From positions 23,498,001 through 23,562,000 of the forward strand of contig OZ024754.1 of NCBI GenBank assembly GCA_964016885.1: a stretch of DNA of 64,000 bases, in the 5' to 3' direction. This document shows, piece by piece, positions 26,901-40,197 of the stretch (position 1 is its first letter; each line of letters starts with the position of its first letter). This DNA comes from Eledone cirrhosa. Its lineage: Eukaryota. A program made the translations under genes and the position numbers. The notes beneath the pieces were generated by a model. The model searched no databases. It had not been told where the DNA came from and saw only the letters and a program-made list of their open reading frames with translations.

Positions 26901-29286
26901 CTAGTATTGTTCATTTAGCTTGGGTTTGAATTTATCAATAAAATTCTTTTCTTTGATTTTTCTCTTGATTTCACTTGGGCTGTGTAATTTGTAGAATGGG
27001 AATATTATAAATATTCCCTGACCACATATTGCTAGATGGTTACTTAGGGGTATCTGACGGACATTTGGGTCTCTGATTTGCTGACGGTGTACCCGTGCAC
27101 GTTCCGATAGTACATTTCCAATTTGACCGACATATAGTTCTTCACAATTTGGGCATTTAATGCAGTAAATTATATTTCTGCTTTTGCAGTTCATATTTGC
27201 ATATGGGAATATTTTTCCAGTTTTTGTTTTCATATATTGACCGGCGTGTATGGATTGACATGTGCCGCATCGACTATCATTGTATTTAGATACAGTGAAT
27301 GATTGGTCTTTGTTGTTCAGGTCAAACTTTGCTTTTGTTAGTAATTGCTTCAAATTTTTCGGCTGTCTTTTACTAAGAGTCAAAGATCGATCTGTGATTA
27401 AGCCTTTTAATTCATTACTTTGAGCAATGATCGGTAGGTTTGCTTTGGCAGTGTTGAAGATATTCTGGTGACATGGGTTGTGTGTCATTATAAATGGTAT
27501 GACCAGTTCTTGGTTTCTTCTTCCTTGGGTTGTCCTAAGTTGTTGTATAGGTATTTTTATAGCCCGCTGTATGCCATTTTCTATAAGTAGAGATGGGTAT
27601 TTTTGTTTGAGCAAAAATTCTCTTAGTTCTGTTAGGCGTTTGTGCCTGGTATTCGTATCTTCTACAATGGTACAAATTCTTCTGGCTAGGCAGTATGGGA
27701 TGTTGCGTTTTGTATGAGGTGGATGGCACGACTTAAAATTCAGATATTGATGGGTGTCTGTGTGTTTATAATATATATCCGTGGTAATGGTGGTGTCGTT
27801 TTTGATTATCATTATATCTAGGAATGGTGGATTGGCAGTATCGGTAGAGAGTCGGACGCCATGCTTTCCAGCATAGTTACATCCCTTTACGATCTGAGTT
27901 CAAATCCCGCCGGGGTTGACTTTGCCTTTCATCCTTACGGGGTCGATAAAATAAAGTACCAGTAATGCACTGGGTAATTGCTGGCCTTGTGCCTAAAGTA
28001 GAAACAATTATATCTAGGAATGGTAATTTGGTCCTACTCATCTCTTTTGTGAATTGGAGAGATGGGTGTAGGTTATTCAGGAGGATATTGAACTCATCCA
28101 GAGTATCTAGAGATTCTGTCCAGATGATGAAACAGTCGTCAAGGTATCTCTTCCAAGATTTTTCAATGTACTTTCTAAAGTCAGTACTATATTTTTCCTC
28201 TATTTCTTGGTAGAGTTGTTGTTCTAAGTATCCCATTACAGAGTTCGCGTAAACGGGAGCAAATTTCGTTCCCATCGCTGTGCCTCTAATTTGGATGTAA
28301 TTCTTTCCATTGAAGAAGAAAGTGTTGTTTTCCAGAATAAGTTTAACTGCGTCTAATATAAATGGCGCTGTGAATCTGATGTGAATCACTTCTCTATGTT
28401 TTTCCACCCAGTATTTAACCGCCTTTATTCCTAAATCATGTGTAATGTTGGTGTAAAGGCTTACCACATCAAAACTAAGTAGAAGTGAATTCGTTTCCGT
28501 GGTTTTGGGAAGATGGGACAGGAAGTCAATATCATCCCGGATGAAACTGGATATGTGAATACATAGTGGTTTCAAAATAATATCAACAAAATTGCTTAGA
28601 CGGTGAGTGGGGCATGTTGGACCAGCTATAATAGGTCTAAGTTTTAAGTCTTTTGGGTGTAGTAATTTAATGTACTCACTGTTTTGTTCTCTTACTGCCA
28701 GTTGTATTTCTTTTGACTTATGAACTTTCGGTAGGCCATACAGGTTGCTAGGTTTTGGTTCAAAATTGGTGATGTAGTCTCTTTCCTTATCAGTAAGTGA
28801 GTTGTGGTATTTTGAAGCCAGGTTGTTGATCTTCTTCATGATGTTGTGGTCTATATTTGACGGTATTTCATGATAGAATGTTGTGTCTTTCAGTTGCTCC
28901 TCAACTAAATCCTTGTAGTATTCAGCATCCATTATAACAACTGCACCCCCTTTATCTGCTTGTTTAATTATTATTGTTTTATCATTTTGTATACGTTTAA
29001 GTGCAGACATTTCTGATTTGTTAATGTTTGGCCTAACATTAGTGTTACGTCTAAGAGGAAATTTAGACAGGATGTCAATGTATTGGTCGAGATAGATATT
29101 TCTTCCTTTTGGCGGAGTGAAATTTGATTTATTCTTTACTAGTGATTCATCACTCTCATTACTTTTATCAGCGAAGAATTCTACAAGACGTAATTTTCGA
29201 CAGAATTCTTGGGTATCCTCCTTCAGTTCTTGGTTGTTGACTGTTGGAGTCGGTGTGAATTTCAGTCCTTTTGACAAAATTTGCAT
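26901..29286 (-). pseudogene. PLE RT + GIY-YIG ORF split only by a SINE insertion
   Basis: Removing the SINE plus one TSD copy joins ...KLPFLDI to MIIKNDTT... in frame. Confidence 0.9.
27829..28006 (+). mobile_element. tRNA-derived SINE with 18-bp TSD
   Basis: A-box-like TGGCAGTATCGG, B-box GAGTTCAAATCC. TSD attatatctaggaatggt at 27811-27828 and 28007-28024. Confidence 0.92.
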
Positions 29287-29661
29287 TTCATTATTGTCAA
29301 GATCTCTTTTGGATAAATTAATTATTGTAGGATCTACGTGTACAGTTGTTTTGGGTATGTTTCCTCCTGGAGTTTTTCTTTTTCCAGTTTTTGTTGTCCT
29401 GACGTAAAAAAATGGATTTTTCTCTGTTCAGATTCATATTCCTGTTGGTGTCCGCTTGATGAACTTTTGGTCGTGATATTATATTTGGTTTCGTTATGTA
29501 TTTTGTCCTATTTTTGATATTATGTAAGTTAGATTACAGATATAAAAGACAGCGAGAAGCGAAAACCAACCAAACCAAACAGTGAGTGTGTTCTGTTATT
29601 AATTCTGGCAATATTACACAAATATGACCCTCCACAAGTATAACAATAAATATATATATAT

Positions 29662-30100
29662 TTATTAAAATAACAGATTAATGTTTAAGCAAAGAATCGC
29701 TGCTTTCACACTTAACGGGATCTTCTGAAACTAAAAAAATCAATCTGTGAACGCAGAAGTAAATATTTCAAAACACGTTGCAACAGAAAGAAGAGAGGAA
29801 GACGATACGTTGGTTCGTGGAAACGTTCTCTGGCAAAGAACGGATAAAAACGAACAAAATACGTCATTAATTGCAACGGTGAAAACAATTACACGCAAAG
29901 ACAAAACCACTTATTTTCTTTGTTTTTATCCGTTCTTTGCCAGGGAACGTTTCCACGAACCAAAGTATCGTCTTCCTGCCTTCCTTCGGTTGCAACGTTT
30001 TTTGAGATATTTACTTCTGCGTTCACAGATTAATTTTTTTAGTTTCAGAAGAGTGAAAGCAGCGATTCTTTGCTTAAACTTTAATCTGTTATTTTAATGA
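29662..30100. repeat. Inverted pseudo-LTR pair (CAGAAGA-HHR family)
   Basis: Arms ~29662-29860 and ~29920-30100. The family also occurs at 10692-10790, 59935-60347, 62335-62730 and 63670-63815. Confidence 0.8.
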
Positions 30101-30190
30101 ATATTTTCTCTACGGTTGTTATATATTTCATATATATTTATCCTTATCGAGCACTCTTTGGATTTTAGTCTTCAAATTTATTATTATTAC

Positions 30191-30329
<139 letters not shown>

Positions 30330-30450
30330 ATTTATATATATATATTTATTTATATATATATATTTGTGTGTGTATATATATATATATGTGTATTTATATA
30401 TATATATTTATTTATATATATATTTGTGTGTATATATATATATATATATT

Positions 30451-30483
<33 letters not shown>

Positions 30484-30567
30484 TGTTATATATATATATA
30501 TATTGTTATATATATATATTGTATATATATATATTTCAAAAACGAAATATATATATATATATTTATA

Positions 30568-31080
30568 TTGAATAGAATGAAACGAAATTTCATTTCTCAC
30601 TCTTAGTACGGCACTTGCTTAAATGTAAGTATGTATGTATACGTACATACATATATGTATACAGACGTACAGTAGTATAGATATATATATATACCTACAT
30701 GCACACATATATATATGCAGGTATCGGTTTACCGAACATTTATTATAATGCTCGGTTTGTTTGTTTGTAAACAAACAAACAGCCCGAATTACGCCGTACA
30801 GTATTTAGGCAAACCACGTCACCTTTTTGTTCAACACTGACACAGGAACGATGTACTAGTTTCAAGCGTATTAGCTATCGTCAGCATCGTATACCTTCCT
30901 GCCAGATGGTTGAACGTCTGAAAGTATATACTTTCCTTATGCATATTAACGGCTGAGCAGCCTAATTTGCATATCCAGTGAGTCCATTCGGCCGGGCACA
31001 CTGAAAACGATAAATGGAATAGAATGAAACGAAATTTCATTTCTCACTCTTAGTACGGCACTTACTTAAATGTAAGTATG
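30568..31080 (-). mobile_element. Partial-tandem pseudo-LTR homologous to 240-905
   Basis: gaatagaatgaaacgaaatttc...aatgtaagtatg occurs at both 30570 and 31017. The body matches the window start. Confidence 0.75.
30849..30889 (-). ncRNA. Minimal hammerhead (CTAG family), intact
   Basis: Reverse complement of 577-617. Confidence 0.8.
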
Positions 31081-31087
31081 TATATAT

Positions 31088-33760
31088 AATAAATTAATTA
31101 TACAATTATCAAAGCTGTGTTCAAATCATTTAATAGCTGACAATCGTTTCTTCCAAACTGACGTTTGTGTTTATCGGAGCATTATCAATGTTTGCGCATA
31201 TAATTAACCTCCTATTCAACTGAACAATAATAGAGTTACATATAAATTGATGATGTGAGCAAGAGTTTCGTATTTACAGGGTGGAATGGATGTGACATAT
31301 ATTTTACGAGAATTGTACAATAATTGTACAAAAATTCAAGTTCAAATTTAAATTCAAATTAAATTAAAATCAAAAGCACTGAGAGGAATACATGCAACAG
31401 ATAAAACAAGAGAATAGTCCAATCATTAAAGAGGCATTGAGAAAGTAGTTTTGAGAAAGGAAGAGTACATTAACAATTCATATGCAGGCGAGTGGAGAGT
31501 GCAACTGCGTTAGTTATATACGTGAGAAGGAGACAAGCAAAGCTATTATGCATATATAGATAAGTAAATACTGCACTTTAAGCAAATATGTTAATGTATT
31601 ACAATCTATGGTGGATGCTGAATGCTGATAGTGTTCGAATTAATGTGTGATGAGAAACATACAGTTTTTGCAGACTTTTCCATGGCATATGTTGAATTAA
31701 ATTTTAGTTAATGTTTATATTGAATGTTTTAAGTTAGTTAGAGCAATGGATTGTAAATTAGTCTTAATGAATTCATATTCATAGACTATATTTGATCAAC
31801 CGTTAAATTTTCCAATCGTTAATTTCCGGAAGTGAATAAGGTGAGCTAATTCGTAAGGGGAGGTAACTAGCTAATTAAGTTCAATTCAGTTATTAAAATT
31901 CTTTGTTCTAATACACAATATAATGTGATACCATTGGATCTCTGTTACATAACGCTGTATATTTTTACCTGATTTTAAATACAGTGTATTTTACTATCAT
32001 ACATTAAAGGTCTCTTTAGATTGTTATCTATTAATTACTGGACAAGGTATATGTCATGAAGGATTATATAGCTGTTAAAATATCATAATAGAAGTGCCAT
32101 ATGTGTAATAATATACATTATTGTTTTGAAAGTTAATCCCTAATATACAATGCTATTACATTTTATATTTAATTATAAAAGTATATATACTTTATTATTA
32201 TTATGTTGTGTAATTTAAGCATTTAATTATACAATTATAAATGCATATATAGTTTATTATCACATATTACATTAATGACCTATTCATAACCTTATTCATC
32301 TATAACCTTATGCTCTGCAATAACAGTTAGAATTAGACATAGAGTTACCACCTTGTGATATAACTACAATAGATTAATTATATCATATAGAGTAATGGAT
32401 ATTTGGTACTTTGTATGTAGAGAAATTTAATGTAATATGTGATAATAAACTATATATGCATTTATAATTGTATAATTAAATGCTTAAATTACACAACATA
32501 ATAATAATAAAGTATATATATATTTATAATTAAATATAAAATGTAATAGCATTGTATATTAGGGATTAACTTTCAAAACAATAATGTATATTATTACACA
32601 TATAGCATATCTATTATGACATATTAACAGCTATATAATCCTTCATAACATATACCTTGTCCAGTAATTAATAGATAACAATCTAAAGAGACCTTTAATG
32701 TATGATAGTAAAATACACTGTATTTAAAATCAGGTATAAATATACAGCGTTATGTAACAGAGATCCAATGGTATGACATTATAATGTGTATTAGAACAAA
32801 GAATTTTAATAACTGAATTGAATTTAATTAGCTAGTTACCTCCCCTTAGGAATTAGCTCACCTTATTCACTTCCGGAAATTAACGATTGGAAAATTTAAC
32901 CGTTGATCAAATATAGTCTATGAATATAAATTCATTAAGACTAATTTACAATCCATTGCTCTAACTAACTTAAAACATTCAGTATAAACATTAACTAAAA
33001 TTTAATTCAACATATGTCATGGAAAAGTCTGCAAGCACTGTATGTTTCTCAACACACATAAATTAGAAGACTATCATCATTCAGCATCCACCATAGATTC
33101 TAATATATTAACATATTTGCTTAAAGTGCAGTATTTATTCATTTATTACTCATCTATATATGCAAAATAGCTTTGCTTGTCTCCTTCTCATGTATATGAC
33201 TAACGCAGTCGCACTCTCCACACGCCTGCATATGAATTGTTAATGTACACTTCCTTTCTCAAAACTACTTTCTCAATGCCTCTTTAATAATTGAACTATT
33301 CTCTTGTTTTATCTGTTGCGTGTATTCCACTCCGTGCTTTTGATTTATATTAATTTTAATTTTAATTTGAACTTGAATGTTTGTACAATTATTGTACAAT
33401 TCTCGTAAAATATATGTCACATCCATTCCAACCTGTAAATACGAAACTGTTGCTCGCAACATCAATTTATATGTATCTATATTATTGTTTAGTTGAATAT
33501 GAGGTTAATTATATGTGCAAACATTGACAATGGTCCGATGAATCCAAACGAGAGTTTGGAAGAAACGATTGTCAGCTATTAAATGATTTGAACACAACTT
33601 TGATAATTGCATAATTTATTTATTTTCCTGCTCTGTAAAACAACTGATGTTCATACATTGAGCTATTTCTCATACTGGTAATAAGGTAATAAGAAATTTC
33701 TGACCTTCCTCTTTATAGTTGTTTATACTATATACATAACTATAAATAGTATTATTATAA
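31088..33760. repeat. ~1.2-kb-arm inverted repeat of the family A 3' region (no ORF)
   Basis: 31088-32275 pairs with ~32427-33620. HHR copies at 31136-31180 (-, mutated core) and 33532-33576 (+). Confidence 0.9.
33532..33576 (+). ncRNA. Family A minimal hammerhead
   Basis: GGT-CCGATGA-aTCCAAAC gaga GTTTGGAa-GAAA-CGATTG-TC-AGC: 7-bp stem II with GNRA loop. Confidence 0.65.
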
Positions 33761-33784
33761 TATTTATATATATGTATATATATT

Positions 33785-33827
<43 letters not shown>

Positions 33828-33967
33828 GTATATATATATTCGTGTGTATATATATATATATTTATATGTATAGATATATTTGTGTGTATATATATATATA
33901 TATATATTTATATGTATATATATATTTGTGTATATATATATATATTTATATATATATATATATTTGC

Positions 33968-34043
<76 letters not shown>

Positions 34044-34264
34044 CCAAATGTTAAAGCAGGTTCATTGATTATTCAATGAATATAGTTTTATAATAGATTA
34101 AAAGCACTCAACAGTTAGTTTTCTGGAGTTATTAATATTATTCAAAATATTAATAAAAGTATACATTCACATAATGAAAATATATGTTTTATTATATATA
34201 TTTCTGCCAAAACTGGAATTGAACATTCAGCACAGTTGAGGTATGTCATACATCAATTTATGTA

Positions 34265-34328
34265 TTTTATCTGATGAGGACGTACTGAAAAAACAGCACA
34301 GTAGCTCCGAAATATCTATATAATAAAA
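34265..34328 (+). ncRNA. Type I hammerhead motif
   Basis: TTTTAT-CTGATGA-GGA...TCC-GAAA-TATCTATA-TA-ATAAAA. Duplicate at 36929-36992, relative at 50154-50220 (-). Confidence 0.7.
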
Positions 34329-34630
34329 CATATTTTGATTATGTAAATGTATCTATTTATTAATATTTTGTATAATATATATATATATATATATATAATG
34401 AAATAAATATGGTTTTATAAATATAGTTTCCATTTGTCAATATCGTATTTTTACTCCAATTATTTGTTGAGTGCTTTATATCAGTTATAAAATATTTGCT
34501 TGTTGTATCCCAACAATTTAAATAAAACTTTTGCATATATATATATATATATTTATATATATATTTATATTTGTGTATATATATATATTTATATATATAT
34601 ATTTGTATGTATATATATATATATATATAT

Positions 34631-35589
34631 ATAAATCAGGAAAGAAGGTTTACATGGTTTGCTATACAAAAAAGTTTTTAATCACATAGCTTACATTTGT
34701 TTCACTGAACTGGTATGTCTAGAGATCGCTATCCGCCTAATTTTGCGTCACTCGATCGCCAATACAGAATTATAACCAGTCAGATCTTCGGAGCATGCGA
34801 GAATGAAGAAAATACACAGGCAAGAAAATAAAAGAAAATTTGGAGTAGTTATGGCATTCAATTAGAACAATAAACAACAACAATTATTACAACAATGCTA
34901 TCAATAAACTATTTAAGGAGACCCTGACATTACTTAGGTGGGGGGTATATAATGTATCTAATGTTACGGCGTGAAAACCAGCTGTCATAAGGCAAAAAGT
35001 ATCGTAGTGTGTATCAATTTTAAATTATAAAGATAAGCTAGTTTTTACAGTCTTTCTCTTCATCTTCAACCGTATACATGAGTGGGACCACTGTCAAAGC
35101 TCAACTCTACAACTATTGAGCTTTGACAGTGGTCCCACTCATGTATACGGTTGAAGATGAAGAGAAAGACTGTAAAAACTAGCTTATCTTTATAATTTAA
35201 AATTGATACACACTACGATACTTTTTGCCTTATGACAGCTGGTTTTCACGCCGTAACATTAGATACATTATATACCCCCCACCTAAGTAATGTCAGGGTC
35301 TCCTTAAATAGTTTATTGATAGCATTGTTGTAATAATTGTTGTTGTTTATTGTTCTAATTGAATGCCATAACTACTCCATATTTTCTTTTATTTTCTTGC
35401 CTGTGTATTTTCTTCATTCTCGCATGCTCCGAAGATCTGACTGGTTATAATTCTGTATTGGCGATCGAGTGACGCAAAATTAGGCGGATAGCGATCTCTA
35501 GACATACCAGTTCAGTGAAACAAATGTAAGCTATGTGATTAAAAACTTTTTTGTATAGCAAACCATGTAAACCTTCTTTCCTGATTTAT
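34631..35589. repeat. Near-perfect palindrome, 474-bp arms, 11-nt spacer (35105-35115)
   Basis: ...ctgtcaaagctcaa ctctacaacta ttgagctttgacag... One mismatch noticed between the arms. Confidence 0.95.
35426..35531 (+). ncRNA. Hammerhead motif with long loop 2 (mirror copy 34689-34794 on minus)
   Basis: GCT-CCGAAGA-tCTGACTGG...CCAGTTCAGt-GAAA-CAAATG-TA-AGC. Confidence 0.6.
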
Positions 35590-35756
35590 TATTACTCCAA
35601 GTGTTTACAACATAGGAATTACAGCATACCCGCAGCATCACTATGAAAACGCCTTGTTGAGTCAAACCAAGCCAAGCGTTAATATCATCCACTACCTGGA
35701 ATACCATAACTGGACTTCACCTAAGTGGACTGCATTTAACTATTATTTGTTAATCC

Positions 35757-35845
<89 letters not shown>

Positions 35846-36050
35846 GGAGGTGAGTTTTATTGTAGTACAATAAAGCAATGCAGATATGTTGATTCAAAAC
35901 TGCACTATTCACAAGTGTTTTTTAACCTTCATATCATGTCTTCCTATCATGTCTTCATATCATGTCTTCCTCAAATATTATTGCATGACGATATTTGTTT
36001 TTGAAATGCGCATAATAAAATACATGGAACTCTTTTAACCATCTTTTGAT

Positions 36051-36127
<77 letters not shown>

Positions 36128-36582
36128 ATATATATATATGAAAATAGAGAAATTAATGTAAGCAAGAAGCCGACAGTAATTCAGACATATAAATGACTAT
36201 AACATCAAGATGAAAAATATTTAACGTAAGATATGGCAAAATAAATCAATCTTAATTCAAAACAAATCAAGAAGAAAAAATTTTATCCTCAGACTTTGTA
36301 TAATCTGGGGAAAAAACTAATAGAATCTTAACACAAAATAAAATCAAGATGAAATACTTATCCGTCAATTTGGGAAAATCTACAAATGCACTAGACAGTC
36401 TTAAAAAGATTATTTCACGAAACTTTTCATTGAGGTTAGTCACGTTTGGAGTCTTTCATCAGTAGTGCTCAAACACGTTAACTAAGTGCCACTGCTAAAA
36501 TATGCCAGAGGGGAATTTAAAAGCAAAAAAGTCAAACGTCGTGTGGAATTGAAATAATAAAAACGCACTATATTTGTATATA

Positions 36583-36707
<125 letters not shown>

Positions 36708-36928
36708 CCAAATGTTAAAGTAGGTTCATTGATTATTCAATGAATATAGTTTTACAATAGATTAAAAGCACTCAACAGTTAGTTTTCTGGAGTTATTAAT
36801 ATTATTCAAAATATTAATAAAAGTATACATTCACATAATGAAAATATATGTTTTATTATATATAATTCTGCCAAAACTGGAATTGAACAATCAACAGAGT
36901 TGAGGTATGTCATACATCAATTTATGTA

Positions 36929-36992
36929 TTTTATCTGATGAGGACGTACTGAAAAAACAGCACAGTAGCTCCGAAATATCTATATAATAAAA
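36929..36992 (+). ncRNA. Type I hammerhead motif (duplicate of 34265-34328)
   Basis: Same core and stems. Confidence 0.7.
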
Positions 36993-37036
36993 CATATTTT
37001 GATTATGTAAATGTATCTATTTATTAATATTTTGTA

Positions 37037-37613
<577 letters not shown>

Positions 37614-37802
37614 GAAATAAATATGGTTTTATAAATATAGTTTCCATTTGTCAATATCGTATTTTTACTCCAATTATTTGTTGAGTGCTTTATATCAGTT
37701 ATAAAAATATTTGCTTGTTGAATCCCAACAATTTAAATAAAACGTTTGCATATATATATATATATTTATATATATATTTATATTTGTGTATATATATATA
37801 TT

Positions 37803-37860
<58 letters not shown>

Positions 37861-37959
37861 GGAGGTGAGTTTTATTGTAGTACAATAAAGCAATGCAGAT
37901 ATGTTGATTCAAAACTGCACTATTCACAAGTGTTTGTTAACCTTCATATCATGTCTTCC

Positions 37960-38024
37960 TATTTTATCTGATGAAAACACAAATATTATTGCATATTTGG
38001 TTTTGAAATGCGCATAATATAATA
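37960..38024 (+). ncRNA. Type I hammerhead motif (TGCGCA stem III)
   Basis: TATTTTAT-CTGATGA-AAACaCAAATAT...ATATTTGGTTTt-GAAA-TGCGCA-TA-ATATAATA. Confidence 0.7.
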
Positions 38025-38052
38025 CATGGAATCCTTTTAACCATCATTTGAT

Positions 38053-38111
<59 letters not shown>

Positions 38112-38558
38112 ATATATATAAATGAAAATAGAGAAATTAATGTAAGCAAGAAGCCGACAGTAATTCAGACATATAAATGACTATAACATCAAGATGAAAA
38201 ATATTTAACGTAAGATATGGCAAAATAAATCAATCTTAATTCAAAACAAATCAAGAAGAAAAATTTTTATCCTCAGACTTTGTATAATCTGGGGAAAAAA
38301 CTAATAGAATCTTAGCACAAAATAAAATCAAGATGAAATACTTATCCGTCAATTTGGGAAAATCTACAATTGCACTAGACAGTCTTAAAAAGATTATTTC
38401 ACGAAACTTTTCATTGGGGCTAGTCACGTTTGGAGTCTTTCATCAGTAGTGCTCAAACAAGTTAACTAAGTGCCACTGCTAAAATATGCCAGAGGGGAAT
38501 TTAAAAGCAGGCAAGTCAAACATCGTGTGGAATTGAAATAATAAAAACGCACTATATT

Positions 38559-38625
<67 letters not shown>

Positions 38626-40197
38626 ATAATAATACTATTTATAGTTATGTATATAGTATAAACAACTATACACAGGAAGGTCAGTAATTTCTTATTACCT
38701 TCTTACCAGTAAGAGAAATAGCTCAATGTATGAACATCAGTTGTTTTACAGAGCAGGAAAATAAATAAGTTATACAATTATCAAAGTTGTGTTCAAAACA
38801 TTTAATATCTGACAATCATTTCTTCCAAACTCTCGTTTGGATTCATCGGAGCATTATCAATGTTTGCACATATAATTAACCTCCTATTCAACTGAACAAT
38901 AATATAGATACATATAAATTGATGTTGTGAGCAACAGTTTCGTATTTACAGGTTGGAATGGATGTGACATATATTTTACGAGAATTGTACATTAACTGTA
39001 CAAACATTCAAGTTCAAATTCAAATTCAAATTAAATTAAAATCAAAAGCACGGAGTGGAATACATGCAACAGATAAAACAAGAGAATAGTCCAATCATTA
39101 AAGAGGCATTGAGAAAGTAGTTTTGAGAAAGGAAGAGAACATTAACAATTCATATGCAGGCGTGTGAAGAGTGCAACTGCGTTAGTCATATACATGAGAA
39201 GGAGACAAGCAAAGCTATTATGCATATATAGATGAGTAATAAATGAATAAATACTGCACTTTAAGCAAATATGTTAATGTATTAGAATCTATGGTGGATG
39301 CTGAATACATCGAATTTATGTGTGTTAAGAAACATACAGTTTTTGCAGACATTTCCATGACATATGTTGAATTAAATTTTAGTTAATGTTTATATTGAAT
39401 GTTTTAAGTTAGTTAGAGCAATGGATTGTAAATTAGTCTTAATGAATTCATATTCATACACTATATTTGATCAACCGTTACATTTTCGAATCATTAATTT
39501 TCGGAAGTGAATAAGGGGAGCTAATGCGTAAGGGGCGTTAACTAGCTAATTAAGTGCAAGTCAGTTATCAAAATTCTTTGTTCTAATACACATTATAATG
39601 TCATACCATTGGATCTCTGTTACATAACGCTGTATATTTATACCTGATTTTAAATACAGTGTATTTTACTATCATACATTAAAGGTCTCTTTAGATTGTT
39701 ATCTATTAATTACTGGACAAGGTATATGTTATGAAGGATTATATAGCTGTTAATATGTCATAATAGATATGCCATATGTGTAATAATATACATTATTGTT
39801 TTGAAAGTTAATCCCTAATATACAATGCTATTACATTTTATATTTAATTATAAATATATATATACTTTATTATTATTATGTTGTGTAATTTAAGCATTTA
39901 ATTATACAATTATAAATGCACATATAGTTTATCATCACACATTACATTAAATGTCTCTACATACCAAGTGCCAAATATTCATTACTGTATATGATATAAT
40001 TAATCTATTGTAGTCATATCACAAGGTGGTAACTCTATGTCTAATTCTAACTGTTATTGCAGAGCGTAAGGTTATAGATGAATAGGAGTTGTGTAGTGGA
40101 AAGAGTTGGTCGAGGGCTTTGTGGTTGTGGGTGCTGCTAAGTCCTAGATGTGTATTGTTAATGGTGATGGGGAATTCAAATCTGACATTGTTGTATA

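Larger units (their letters stand above)
26326..29520 (-). mobile_element. Neptune-like Penelope element with 3' pseudo-LTR
   Basis: LSKGLKFTPTP, ADKGG, YGLPKVHK, DVVSLY, GTAMGT, RYLDD and IIY..YVG motifs. HHR in the 3' region. Confidence 0.92.

Noticed and set aside
27829-27915. tRNA gene
   Set aside because: A and B boxes belong to a SINE head. There is no cloverleaf, and it continues into the SINE body with a TSD.
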